From the human T2T-CHM13v2.0 reference genome, Homo sapiens: a stretch of DNA of 64,000 nucleotides. A program made the position numbers and the translations under genes. Of this stretch, positions 1-13,544 are shown in pieces. The DNA is taken from the NCBI GenBank assembly GCA_009914755.4, contig CP068257.2, positions 21,152,001 through 21,216,000 of the forward strand, written 5' to 3'. A model generated the notes under the pieces. The model was given only the letters and a program-made list of their open reading frames with translations, had not been told where the DNA came from and did no database searches. The number at the start of each line of letters is the position of its first letter. The first letter of the stretch is position 1.

Positions 1-700
1 TTATAGACTGATCTATGGTGAAACAGACTTGGATGTGTCAAAAGAGTGTATGCCATGTAAATCAAACAATCAAAGAAACAGAGTGGTAGGGTTGAGGTTG
101 GGGTGTGGTCTGGTCTAAAAGAAATCAAGATAAATAAATACGAATTGCTTCCTCAGCAAAAATAATGAAGTCACAGGCATCACATTGCCTGGCTTCAAAC
201 TATACTACAAGGCTATAGAAAGCAAAACAACATGGTACCAGTACCAAAATACCAGGCACATAGATCCATGGAACAGAATAGAGAACCCAGAAATAAAATC
301 AGACACCTAACAACCAGCTGACCTTTGACGAAGTTGACAAAAATAAACAATGGGGATAGGAAAATGTATCTAATAAATGGTGCTGGAAAAACTGGCCAGC
401 CACATGTAAAAGAATAAAACTGGACTCCTATCTCTAATCACATACAAAAATTAACTCAAGATGGATTAAAATAGTTAAATATAAGACCTTAAACTATAAA
501 AATTCTGGAAGGAAGCCTAGGGAAAACTTGTGGACATCAGCTTAGGCAAAGAATTTATGACTAAAATCTCAAAAGCAAATGCAGCAAAAACAAAAATGAC
601 AAATGAAACTTATTAAAATTAAAGAGCTTCTGCACAGGAAAAGAAACAGTCAACAGAGTAAACAGACAACCTAGGGCAATAGTGAAACTGGAAAAGTTCC
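1..700 (+). mobile_element. LINE-1 (primate L1P-type) ORF2 3' portion, part 1; interrupted at ~700 by nested insertions
   Basis: Matches L1 ORF2 3' region (…catcacattgcctggcttcaaactatactacaaggctatag…aaagagcttctgcacag…). L1 homology resumes at ~1969. Confidence 0.8.
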
Positions 701-1562
701 CTTGTTCCCTTCGCAGGGCATGCAATGGGAGTGTGGCTTGCTGCTTCTTCAGTGCCCTGCTGCTCAAGCTCCTAGCGGGAGCATGCAGATGGGCAGGTTG
801 TGGGGCTCTGACCCCACAGCAGTGTCTAGGGGTGGAACGTTTACAGCTGAAGTCCCAGTGGCCGTGTGTTACAATATGCTGTTTCATTTTAGCCTTCTGT
901 AGGCAGCTTGTGCTAGGCAGCTCAGTTAGGCTCCCTGCCTTATCGCAAGGACAGAGGGCTTTCTGTATCCCGGAGTTTCTTGCCTTGGTGCACCAGAAGA
1001 ATCAGATCACACGTGGGCTTTGAGAATGAGTGCAAGGTTTTTCTGAGTGGAAGTAGCTCTCAGCAAATGGGGAGACCAGAAGGGAGATGGAGTAGGAGGG
1101 TGGTTTTCCCCTGCAGCAGGGTTGCTCAGCAGCCCTGACTCCCCTCCTACCCAAACTCCCGCGTCGTTCCGCTGGTGGATGGCCTGCTGGCCTGCCACGT
1201 CTATACCTGTGCTCTTACACTGGTGCATGCCCCTTGACACCCAGCCGCTTGGGTCTCTTCCCACTGGTGTGTTCCTCTCGATGACCAGCTCCTTGTGTCT
1301 TCCTCTGCTGGTCTAACTTCTGCCATCTTCTTTGACGTCCAGCTGCTTGTGTCTCTTCTCATTAGTGTCTGGGGGTTTTATAGGCACAGGATGCAGGGAG
1401 TGGTGGGCCAGGGTGGTCTTGGGAAATGCAACATTTGGGCAGGAAAACAGAAATGCCTGTTCTCACATAGGTTCATGGGCACAGGTGCAGGGGTGAAGCC
1501 CTAGCCAGAGACCTCGCCCTTTCCTTCCCTGCACTTCCTGTCACCCTCTTGTATAAATAGAA
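700..1562. mobile_element. Unclassified LTR-like interspersed element nested in L1. Read on the minus strand it has a TATA-like motif (cctataaaacccc) and internal ~45 bp imperfect repeats.
   Basis: It interrupts the L1 exactly. GC content is higher than in the flanks. On the minus strand a TATAAAA is followed by repeated 'agacacaag(c/g)agctgg…' units. I do not recognise the family. Confidence 0.3.
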
Positions 1563-1564
1563 CT

Positions 1565-1585
1565 CTTTCTTTCTTTCTTTCTTTC

Positions 1586-1637
<52 letters not shown>

Positions 1638-1672
1638 TTCTTTCTTTCTTTTCTTTTCTCTTTCTTTCTTCC
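1565..1672 (-). repeat. (TTTC)n microsatellite (~27 units), equivalent to a (GAAA)n expansion of the adjacent Alu poly-A tail
   Basis: Near-perfect TTTC tandem run directly abutting the poly-T of an antisense Alu. Confidence 0.95.
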
Positions 1673-1968
1673 TTTTTTTTTTTTGACAGAGTTTTGCTCT
1701 TGTCGCCCAGGCTGGAGTGCAGTGGCACGATCTTGGCTCACTGCAACCTCTGCCTCCCGAGCTCAAGTGATTCTTCTGCCTCAGCCTCTTGAATAGCTGG
1801 GATTACAGGCGCGTGCCACCACGCAGGCTAATTTTTTTGTATTTTTAGTAGAGATGGGATTTTTCCATGTTGAGCAGGCTGGTCTCGAACTCCTGACCTC
1901 AGGTGATCTGCCCACTTCGGCCTCCCAAAGTGCTGGGATGACAGGCATGAGCCACCAGGCCTGGGCAG
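1673..1968 (-). mobile_element. Alu SINE (AluS-like), antisense
   Basis: A poly-T then gacagagttttgctcttgtcgcccaggctggagtgcagtggc…ggcctcccaaagtgctggga…ggcctgggc, which is a full-length Alu in reverse complement. Confidence 0.95.
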
Positions 1969-2975
1969 GAGAATATTTTTCTATTAAAATGTGACTCCGA
2001 TGAGACTTAGAAGACTTCATAAAATAGAAAATTCCTAACAGAATAGGATAAAATATGTGCAAACTATCCACGCAACAAAGGACTAATATCCAATATATAA
2101 AACTTAAACAAATCAATAACACAAAAACGAATAACCCCATTAAAAAGTAGGCAAAGGACATAAAGAAATACTTCTCAAAAGAAGACATACAAATGACCAA
2201 CAAACATGAAAAAAAATGCTCATCATCACTAATCATCAGAGAAATGCAAATTAAAAGCACCATGAGACACCATCTCACACCAGTCAAAATGGCTATTAAA
2301 AAGTCAAGAAATAACAGATGTTGGAGAGGTTGCATAGAAAAGCGAATGCTTATACACTGTTTGTAGGAGTGTAAATTAGTTCAGCACCTGTGGAAAACAG
2401 TTTGAAGATTCCTCAAATAACTTAAAATAGAACTATTATTTGACCCAGGAATCCCATTACAGGATATCTACCTGAAGGAAAAGAAATCATTCTAGCAAAA
2501 AGACACCTGCACTTTCATATTTAACACAGCAGTATTCACACTTAGGAATAAACCTAAGTGTCTATCAGTGGCTGATTGGATAAAATGTGGTACATATATA
2601 CCATGGAATACTATGCAGCCAAAAAAAGTAATGAAATAATGGCCTGTGCAGCAACATGGATGCAGATGGAGGCCATTATCCTAAGTGCATTAACACAGAA
2701 AGAGAAAATCAAATACCACATGTTCTCAGTTATAAGTGAGAGCCGAAAAAAAATGGATAGGCATGGACACAAAAATGTAAACAATAGAAACTGGGGTCTC
2801 CCAAAGAGCAGTTGGGAGGATGAGAGTGTGTAAGGATTGAACAATTACCTATTGAGTACTATGTGCAGTATTTGGGTGATGGGTTCAAAAGAAGCCTAAA
2901 CTCCAGGATTACACAATATACCCATGTAACAAACCCACATGTGTACCCCCTGAAACTAAAATAAAAAGAAATACT
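1969..2975 (+). mobile_element. LINE-1 (same element as 1-700) ORF2 end plus 3' UTR, part 2
   Basis: …aaatgctcatcatcactaatcatcagagaaatgcaaattaaa…gtggtacatatataccatggaatactatgcagcc… through the characteristic L1 3' UTR ending ~2970. The ORF at 2576-2833 (MWYIYTMEYYAA…) is the classic L1 3'-end pseudo-ORF. Confidence 0.85.
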
Positions 2976-3358
2976 AATTGCAACACATGACTTTTGATAA
3001 ATGATAAATTAAAACCAAAGAAATGAAGGCATTATTCAGATAATTTAGAAAATATAATATGAACTAAATACTTGATGAAATTCCTAATTAATGAAAATAT
3101 CTCAAGGTGAAAATAGTACATGAAAATCTTATCATCATTCTGTAATTCATGAATTAGTTAGTGATGTTGTGTTATGAAGACAGCAACTTACATACAGGTG
3201 GTTCAAAAAAAATAAAGAAATTGAAACTTCTAAGAAAACAGATTAGATGCAGTTTTACCTGCTCCTTTCATGAAGCTGAACTGAAAACTCTGAACATGAT
3301 TCTTCACTACTGCCTTACAAGTCCCTTAGACTCTGTTTACTTACTTATTTTTAGTCTT

Positions 3359-3375
3359 GTGTGTGTGTGTGTGTT
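3359..3375. repeat. (GT)n short microsatellite
   Basis: gtgtgtgtgtgtgtgtg. Confidence 0.8.
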
Positions 3376-3959
3376 TTATGTAGTTATTTATCACTACATT
3401 GTCAAGTACAGGAAATTCTTCCAAGTCTCATTAACCATTAATAACAAAGAAATACATGTTTCTGTAGAGTGTAAAATAATATATGCAACTAAGCATCAGA
3501 GGGGTCCTGCATGTGAAGTTTTAGTAGATATTGACAACTTCTCCGAAGTGAATATACCACTGAGACAGGCTACAGAGCACTCATGATGAATACCTTTTAT
3601 ACAACTCTTTATTCTCACATTTGTCAAATTTTGGTTTAGCTTTTAATTTTAATCATTCTGCTGGACATGTGGTATTATGTCAGAATGATTTTATTTGCAC
3701 TGTCCTAGTGATTAAAATGTTTGAGCAACTCTTTGTGTGCTTATTGGTATTTTGTATATACTCTTTTGTAAAATAGCTATTCAAATCTTTTGCCCATTTT
3801 TGAGGCAATTGGCCTGTTTTTTTCTTTTTGATTATTTTCTGTGTATCATGGATATGTGTCTTTTAAAAGTTTTGTGACTATTTTCTCACATGGAGCTGTT
3901 TGCTGTTGCTGCCTTATTTTGAGCTCTTTTGATAAAACCTATTCATGTAAATTAATTAA

Positions 3960-4278
<319 letters not shown>

Positions 4279-4500
4279 TCATTTTTATTTAAAAATAGCA
4301 TATTTTATAATAGAAGTCATCTTTCATTCATTATTGCCTCAAATTTTAATCATGCTTTTGAATTCTCACAGAACCCTCAAATTGAAACCACTATCCTTGT
4401 ATCTAATATCATAAACTTATTTTGTCTGAAGAAGTGAAATCAATATAATATTCACACATTTGTGCTAGGCTTCTTTTTTATTCATGACTTTACAAGTGTT

Positions 4501-4632
4501 TTAGTATTCTTTCATCAATTTATGGAATTCCATTGTGTAGATATATCAAAATTAATTTGGCTTGGTAATATTTAGTATTCTTTCATCAATGTACAGAATT
4601 CTATTGTGTGGATATATCAAAATTAATTTGAC
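4501..4632. repeat. Tandem duplication, 2 x ~66 bp
   Basis: ttagtattctttcatcaatttatggaattccattgtgtagatatatcaaaattaatttgg is repeated as ttagtattctttcatcaatgtacagaattctattgtgtggatatatcaaaattaatttga, about 90% identical. Confidence 0.85.
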
Positions 4633-5362
4633 ATTATAACATAAAACATTTATTATTTTTGGATTTATATTATTATAAATGTTCTTGCTGTATCTGATGT
4701 CTTTTGGTAATGATAGTTCCAATTCTGTTTTATATATATAAAGTAGCAATAGAATTGCTGTGACATAAGATATATGTCGTTCATTATTTGCAAACAGAGA
4801 CAATTTTTCAAAGTAATTTAACAATTTAAAATTTAAGTCTCCCAAAGCAATATAAGAGGGATCTAGTTGTTCAAAGTCTTACCAACTCATGAATTTCATT
4901 CTATTTTAGCCCTTCCCATATATATATGTATAATGGTAATTTATGGTGGCCTTAATTTGCATAAACACTGATGTATATTGTAAACAGATTTCAATGTTTT
5001 ATAGGCTACTTATTATACACTTTTTAAAGTAACTGTTAAAAGAGTTTGCAATTTTACCGTTGAACTTTCTTTTTCTAATTTATATTTTATTTCTTGTGTA
5101 TATACACTTGTGTGAACAAACACACATATAATTTTAATACAAGTCCTTTGTCTTATATGACTTGTGGATATTTGCCTGACATTTTGGATTTTTATTTTAT
5201 CTTATTTTTGACATTTTTGACAATAATTTTAGTATTTAATGTTCAGATTAAGATCTGTAATTCACCACAAATTGACATTTTTGTATGGTGTACAGTAGGG
5301 TTCTGATTAATTTTTCCATGTATATATCTAATTGACCCAGTACTATTTGTTGAAAAGAATTA

Positions 5363-5652
<290 letters not shown>

Positions 5653-7087
5653 TACCTTGAAGTATCACTTTTATCATAAACTGTGTGGTCATATATTTAT
5701 GGGTTTGTGTTTGGACCTATATTTAACCCTTGAATGAATTATTTTCTGTTTGCCTATCTTTGTTAGATAGTGTATTAGTGTTAAGACAGTGTTAATATGA
5801 TAACATTATAATTATTCTAGAAAATAGCATACTCTTTAGTACTCTGTATTCTCCAGTTTTATTTTCCACCTTAGGTAAGCTTCCCTTTCTATTATAGAAC
5901 CTTTGCACTGCTATGAAAAGATTATAATGTCTTTGTTGAATTTTATACTCAGAACTTACTGAGATGTTGAATGACACTACTGAATATAGAAAAACTGGGT
6001 AGGAGACATAGTTTTTACAGTATTGGCTCAATCAATCCAGGAACAAGGTATATTTAATATTTGCAAAGATTTATTTAATTATTCTCAGTAATGTATTTAA
6101 TTTAATGCATAAAGTTCTAATTTATCTTTTCTTAATATTTTCCCTTTTTGTGTTAGTATTTGATAATGTAAAGGCTGATGTTAATCCAAGTCATATTATT
6201 TTGGAAATAACATTTCTCATATTTTATTGTTAATATATGGAAAAATATTATGTTTAAATTGATTTTATAACCAATTACCTTTCTAGATTTATTTATTAAT
6301 TATAATAGTGCAACTATAGTCTGATTTTCCTACATACACAATTATGTCATTTGGTAATAATGATAGTTTATTTCTTCTTTTCTAATCTTTGCAATTTTTT
6401 TCTCCCCTTTATTTTCAAAGGGGATTAAAACTCCCAACTTGTATGTAGACTGAGATATAGACATGTAGAAATAGTTACAAAAGTCAAAAAGTATGCAGAC
6501 AATAATATGAATACAGGTAATCATGTAAACATGTCAAAAAGTTGTCTGAGTGGCAGAGAATTAAATCAGAACTATATTATTAAGTTAGCAAATTCTCAGA
6601 AATCTGAAATTTTGTATGTAGTTTTCAAAAATAATTTCACATTATTTTTCTTTGAGTGTCTTTTAGTAGGTATAATACCACAACTTGTGGGCTTATTATG
6701 GTCACGCTGTTGAATTAGAGAGTAAATAATTTGTATTCAGTAAAAGAGATCTATATAGAGAGGATGGGTAATGTGAGAATGACATATAAAGATTGTTTGA
6801 GGTACAACTATAGAAATATACAAGTAGACCAATACAACAAAATAGTAAGTCTAGAAATAAACCCATATATGTGTAGTCACCTGATTTATGACAAAGATGG
6901 CCAGCTTTTTTTTTTTTTTTCCCAAATGTGATAGTCTTCCAATAGATGGTGCTTGGTTAATTGAATTTGGACAAAAATGATTCTTACTCATAGCATCACA
7001 CTATAAATAAAAATCAATTAAGAACCTTTAGTAGTTTTAAATGTAAACTGTAAAAAAATAAAGCTTTTATAAGAAAACATAGAATAC

Positions 7088-7475
7088 TGTTATGTCTTAG
7101 TAAAGGCTACAATAAAAAGATACCATGGATCGAGTGGTTCAAATAACAAGCATATATTTCTCATAGTTCTGGGAAGATCATAATCAAGGTACCAGCATAT
7201 ACCATTTCTAGTGAGGGCCCTTTTCTTGACTTGCAGAAGCCTGTCTTCTCTTGATATGTTCACATTGCAGAGAGAGACAGAGTAGTAAAGAGAGAGAATG
7301 TTCTAGTCTCTTTCTCTTCTAGGATACTAATCCCATTAGGGCCTCAACCTTCATGACCTCATGTAAGCCTAGTTACATCTCAAAGTTCCTGCAGCCTAAA
7401 ACCATCTCATTAAGGGGTAAGTTTTCAACAAATAAAGGTGAAGGGAGACAAAAGCATGCAGTCCATAACAATTTA
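7088..7475 (-). mobile_element. MaLR-type LTR (MLT1-like), antisense
   Basis: Reverse complement of the MLT1-type 3' end (…ccagaactatgagaaatatatgcttgttatttgaaccac…ggtatctttttattgtagcc…taagaca) and of the body (…cttgatt…ggccctaatgggattagtatcc…). Confidence 0.6.
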
Positions 7476-10065
7476 TGACATTACAGAAGATGAAGGTTTC
7501 TTATTTAGCATGGAAAAAGAGTTTACTATCAAAGAAAAAAACTAAAGATTGCTTTAAAATCGTTAAGTGAAAGTTAAGATTAAAATTAAGAAATTCTTTT
7601 CCTAAAGACACCATTAAGAAAGTAACAAGATAAGAGAGTGAAAGAATACATTTGTGAATATGCATCTGACAAAAGATGTGTATATAATATATGTAAAGGA
7701 ATACTACTTAAAGACATATGACCTAATTTCAAAAAAATAGGAAAAATATTTAAATGGGTACTTTACAAAAATGGATATCTAACAGACCAATAAGCACATT
7801 TGAAAAGTTGCTCAACTTTGTTAACCCCTAGAAATGCAATGTCACCAAGTACTTATCAGAAAATTTAAAATCAAAAAGACTGATGATACTAAGTATTAGC
7901 TAAATTACAGAGCAACTGGGATTCACGTCCATTGTTGATGTAAGTATTAATTGCTACTACCACTTTGAAAAACTGTTCGGTGGTATCCACTTAAATCAAT
8001 ACTAACATTACTAACGACCCAGTAATTTCACTTCTAGGTATATTTGCAACATAAATGGTTATAAATATCAACCAAGACAAATGTTCCACATGTCTGAAGC
8101 AGCATTATTCGTAAGTGTATGAACAAAAATATAGATAGGTATTCTTTTCATCCTTCAACAACTGAAAGAGGAAACAAACACATATTTTTATATCATGAAA
8201 TGCTGAATAGCAATGACAATCAATGACATATATCTGTATGCAATAACATGCATGAACCATAAAAAATTATTATTGAATGAAAGTAGTTGCAAAAGAATAC
8301 ATACACATACACTACTTACATAAATTTCAAAAGCAAGCAGGAATAACCTGTTTGTAGAAATCAAATTATGATTATGTGCTAGTGACTGGAATGAGACAGG
8401 ATTAGTGCTTCTGAGGTTTTGGAAATATTAATGTTGTGTATTTTCGTGTGAGTGTTCATCAAATTGTGTGTTGCCTTTGTGGTAATATATCCAGCTATAC
8501 AAATTATTATATGTACAATTTTCATCATATACATTTTACTTCAGTGTTAATATTACTTTAAATTAATATAAATGATTTTAAAACAAAAACCTATTATGAT
8601 GTTTTAATGATATCTTAGTCATAAAATAATTTTATATAAAATGAACATTTTATAATATCTATTCTGGATTAATTCTCTATTGTGTTCTTTATTTATCTAA
8701 CTGATTGCTGTTCTATATTTCTTTGAGTATCCCTTGTCATGATAAAATTTTTAAAAAATCAATTTGTGGCTAATACATTTTCAGCTTCATTTTGCAGTAG
8801 AAAAGTTGAAGACATAGAATCCAATATATTTCATCACAAGTCACAGTGGATCAGATAAAGTCTGTAAAAATCAGCTTCCAAATGGACAAAAATTTGCCTT
8901 CACAATTAGGATTCATAATTTTCAAAGTACTAAGAAAAACATAATTTAAAATCCTAGAATGAAACTCAAATACATTTCTGTGCAGTTATCAGGTGTGGGG
9001 GTGGGACGGATGAGCATTGCCGGTAATTAACACTCCAGGGATAGCATTAAGCTGAAAATGCATTGAAGTTGCTGAAAAACTACCTCTGCTTCCTGGAATC
9101 TGGAGTGGGACAGATCTATGCTGTCTCCCAGAGGTCCCAGTGGAAAAAAAAGGTTCAGTTAACCATAGCAATAAACTGGTCATTACCGTCTTCTTTATTG
9201 GATTTCTTCCTTCCTCTGTCTCACTTTCCCATTCCCTGTTGTTGCTCCCTGAATCCACCTCCTAATTAAGCTTTATACATGACAGCTCTTGTATCAAATA
9301 CTGTTTCTGAAGCCAACCCAATGCAATGCTAAAGCTGGAGAAGAAATAAAACCCATAACAAAACTCACCAGCTTATTTAACAGATGACTGAGATGCTTGG
9401 AAGAATCCTAGGGAGTTTTCTGAGAAATGTTCTGGCCCTACCCACAGTTAGTGTTTTGGCCTGTCTCCTTGCAAATATGCACGGTCATAAATTAGGGCAA
9501 AAAAAAAAAAAAGTTAAGCTCTGCAATTTTATGTTTTCCAAAATAAAACCATTGTTTTGATTAAGCTATACAAAAAGCATGTGTTTTATTTTAATTATAA
9601 TGCAAAATAATTATTTTTCTTACACATTTGTCTTTTTTATGATACAAAATTTTCTGCCATTTTTTTCCCTTTCTCTTTCATTATTTTTGTATAACTGTGA
9701 TAAAATTTGTGGTTTTATAAAACTGTGCTGTTTGTTTTAAAACACCACAAATAAAGTGGGACATAAGTGAACAGATTATAACACTGGAAATAGAAATATA
9801 GAAAATCATTCCATGATTTTGCTAGGATCCAGAATGGAGTCTAATCTTTAACTCTGTCAGTTTATGATTTGCAGTGGCTTTTCCTCAACCACTTTCTCCA
9901 AACAATATTTATGCTTCTTTTGGAGGAAAAATGTGTAGGAATTTGTCATCACCAACTCAAAAGCATGTAGGAAATAACCAGAACAGACATGTAAGCAACA
10001 ACTCAAATATGTTTGCAACACCTTTGCAGCAAAAATGACTTTTTTTTTACACCAGTAACTTCTGT

Positions 10066-10160
10066 TATTCAACATAAGTTATGTTATGTTGAATAACATA
10101 ACTACTTAGAAGTAGTTATGTAGGTTATGTTGAATAACTTAGAAGTAGTTTACTTCAGTG
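10066..10160. repeat. Complex local palindrome combining inverted and direct repeats
   Basis: ttattcaacataa / ttatgttgaataa are reverse complements. The unit 'ttatgttgaataac(ata)actacttagaagtagtt' occurs twice in direct orientation, and 'aactactt-ag-aagtagtt' is itself a hairpin. Confidence 0.8.
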
Positions 10161-12843
10161 CTTGCTCATTCAACTATATTGTCCATGAAAGCCATAACAC
10201 CTAATCATAAGCAATAAAAAGCAAAACGACACATAAAGATCCATATAGTTTAGTATCAGGGCAAAAAACAAATTAGAAGCACTACTAATTCCTCTGTGTT
10301 TCCTTCCAATCCACTCTCACTCTCTACCAACTTCTACATTTATGAAATGAGCCTAAACAAGGAACATTCATGACTATTGCCTCAGAAGTCTCAACATATT
10401 TTTTGGTTTATTTATTTCTGTGTGCTACTTGGAGATGTTATAATTGGAATATATCATTACTATAGACGGAACTACTGTGTACAGTTTAGAAAGTTGCATT
10501 TCTATATTAGTTATGGGGGCATTTTCAAAAACATTAATTTGATAAAAAGATTTGAAACAACATCAGAAATAGTGGACAAAAATGGCTAACGTAGAATTTC
10601 TTTCTTTTGCTACGATTCCGGAATGATCCACTTCTAGCTAGTGCCAGCACATCACTCAAAACCATCTGTAATTGATGATATTTTTTCTTTTATTTCTAGT
10701 AAAAACAAAAAAACTTAGAATGAAATAATTTTAGCTGGGAGTAAACTAGCAGTGACATAGAAGACTAAACAATAGCCTTGCGAGTGACATGTTCATAGAA
10801 CTGTAGTTTATGTTCAACATTTGTTGCCTCTAAACTATACCCAACTTATCAGAGAATGCTGAAGAGGAAGCCCTATTTTGTGACTAGGAGGATTATATGG
10901 TATCAGCCTCCTCATGCACATTCTAAATTGCAGTCATCTGAAGTCTGGTAGCAAGATGTTCCATCTCAACTGAGGCCCTACAGCATTAAAAATAACGTTT
11001 TCACAAATGTCTAATGATTACCTGAGACAATGTTGGCTTTGTCCCAAAAGTCTCCCATTAGAATTTGCTTAGCCTCTATATAGTATGTAGATACGCCACA
11101 GGCTCTGCACTTTCTCTACTGAGTCAGAGGGGCAAAATGGCTGAGAGGGATACACAGAAGGAAAGCTCTCTCCACTCTGCCTGACTGAAAAGTCACTTTC
11201 AAATGAACTGCTTCATGGTAACCCACAATTTCCTATTCTCCACATCATTTCAGCATACCGTAAATGTAATTGAAATAATTTTCTTTGTTATATTCAGAAG
11301 GTTGACATCCTTTTGGCATGGATCTAGAGAGCTGTCACATGCCTGTGGCAGGTTTTTTGTATTTTGTTTTTGTCCCTGTCATGTGAACGCAAACTATTCT
11401 TTGTTTATTCGCATAAGGGAAAAGAGACATTCAAGATTAATTGCTGGTTATCTGATTCCAGTGACTGAATTGCTTTGATCTAGGTATAAAAAGATATCTG
11501 TAAAAACAACTATAATTGGGTGCTGGAAACATCATCATCTATGCATCTTTCTAATATTTAATAATGGCTCTGATACCACCAATACACACATAGACAAACA
11601 CACACACAGACCTGATGTTGTTTGTAATTTATTCTTTAGGCAAGCAGGAGAAATTCCAGTGATTTTTACCGAACTCTATCTATCAAAATAGTTAAGTCCT
11701 ACTTCATGGTTCACGGTCTGGAAGAATAAACGCGGGGACTAGTATAGTCCTTTTAGTGAAAAATGGGTTTATCACCAGACACGTACATCTCTGCGCGTTA
11801 GCCCTGGTTAGCATCTTGGGTCCCTGAAATTGGCATTATTATTTGGTATATTTTTAAAGATTCACCAATAATAATGATTTTTTACAGCATAATTATACAG
11901 GTAAATACTCAAAGGTCAGAGGTGGGAAGAAATGGAGGAGTGATCAGACTATATACATAGAGTGATACAGCACAGATAGTCTACAATGTTGCAATGTGAA
12001 GGGACACTGAAGATTAGAACTGACTCATTTTGGAAAATTCGCAGGTGGCTGTTATACTGTAAATCCAACAGTGACAAATGTTAACCTATGGACCAAATCT
12101 AGTTCTATGCCTGTTTTAAAAATAAAGTTTTATTGGAGCACATTCAGTCATTTACAAATGATCTAAAGTTGTTTTTATACTACAATAGCAGAATTGAGTA
12201 ATTTTGATATATATCACATGGCCCCCACAGAGCCCAAAATGTCCACCATCTAGCCTGTACAAAAAAGTTGTGGTGAGCTTGAGACTGAATAGTTAGCTGA
12301 AATTATACTTCCCTTACCAGCTATAGATTCTCTTTATATAAACTGAATTGTATTTTACTGGCTCTATCAGTTTAATATCTATATACCTACTTATTATACA
12401 TAGCAAGGGATCTCTATGAAATATACCAATATTTTTCTAATTCACCTCATCCTAAGAAACTGCTGGGAAAACATATATTTCTAAGTTCACCATGGAATAT
12501 CCTGATGTAGCATTTCTGCTAAATTCTATGAATATTTTCACAAGAGCCACAAGTAATGATTATGAGAACTATGGGAAGGCAATAGAAGACCATTTGCAGG
12601 TAACTGCTTATTAAGTTTGCCTTGCCGTTATGTATGTTGACCATAATTATGCCAATTCAGGTTTTGGTGGCTAAATGTTCTCAATTAGGATCTACCATCT
12701 TATGATGCTCCTAATCCCACTGAATTCAGTAGGTTTATTTCACTTATGTTCTCCAGAAGAAAATCTCTGAGATTATCATTTCACCAAAATCTGACAGACA
12801 TACTTGTCAGGAAAATATATAACTCCTCCACACGTGCTGTAGC

Positions 12844-12845
<2 letters not shown>

Positions 12846-12879
<34 letters not shown>
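12846..12879. repeat. (GT)n microsatellite, ~17 units
   Basis: Uninterrupted gtgtgt… run. Confidence 0.95.
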
Positions 12880-12881
<2 letters not shown>

Positions 12882-13544
12882 AAATGTGCAAAGGTTGCCA
12901 AAGATATTCCTGTTGCCAAAATTATTCCTGTTTCTAAATCCACTGAACTTTCCTGTCCATTACCAACTTGAATTCTCAACAGTACTGAATACATTTATAG
13001 GGATAAAATAATACCATACAACTTCTCATTATTTTAGTCCATAAAATTTAAACCCAAGTCCTATTGGTTACATCTCCGTATGTCTATTAAACCTGGTTAT
13101 TCTATCAAATCAATTTACCGTCACTCTAATCTAAGTCATTATCATCCCTTTCTTCCAAATTAATACAGTTGTTTCACTCTTGTTTACCTGTGAGATGCTC
13201 AGGTGTAGCCAAAATCTTCCTTTCTAAATAAATACTGATTAATTTTATATATTTGTGTATAATTTCCTAATGGACTTCCATTGTACCTGGGATAACATCC
13301 AAACTCCTTAGTATGACTTGAAAGTTCTTTCAAGATTTAGCTCCTATTTTTCAGTCTCATTGTCTATCACTCTCCCTCTTGTTCAATCATCATATATACA
13401 ATACTGTCTCTCAGACAAAAACTAAAGACATAATGTTCCATCTGCCTAGAATACTCTTCTCATGTTTTCCTTCCACTACATTCATTTGACTTACTTGTTG
13501 CTTGAGACATGCTAAAATAGGTGTGTAAATAAGAGAACTCTGCT

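Noticed and set aside
1473-1766. Three overlapping Lys/Glu/Arg-rich ORFs ([10 protein letters not shown]…)
   Set aside because: They are translations of the (TTTC)n/(GAAA)n microsatellite in three frames.
1781-2335. 184-aa ORF on the minus strand, the longest ORF in the track
   Set aside because: It spans the antisense Alu and the adjacent L1 (…[23 protein letters not shown]… is the well-known Alu-encoded read-through peptide). It has no independent start context or coding signature, so it is a repeat artefact.
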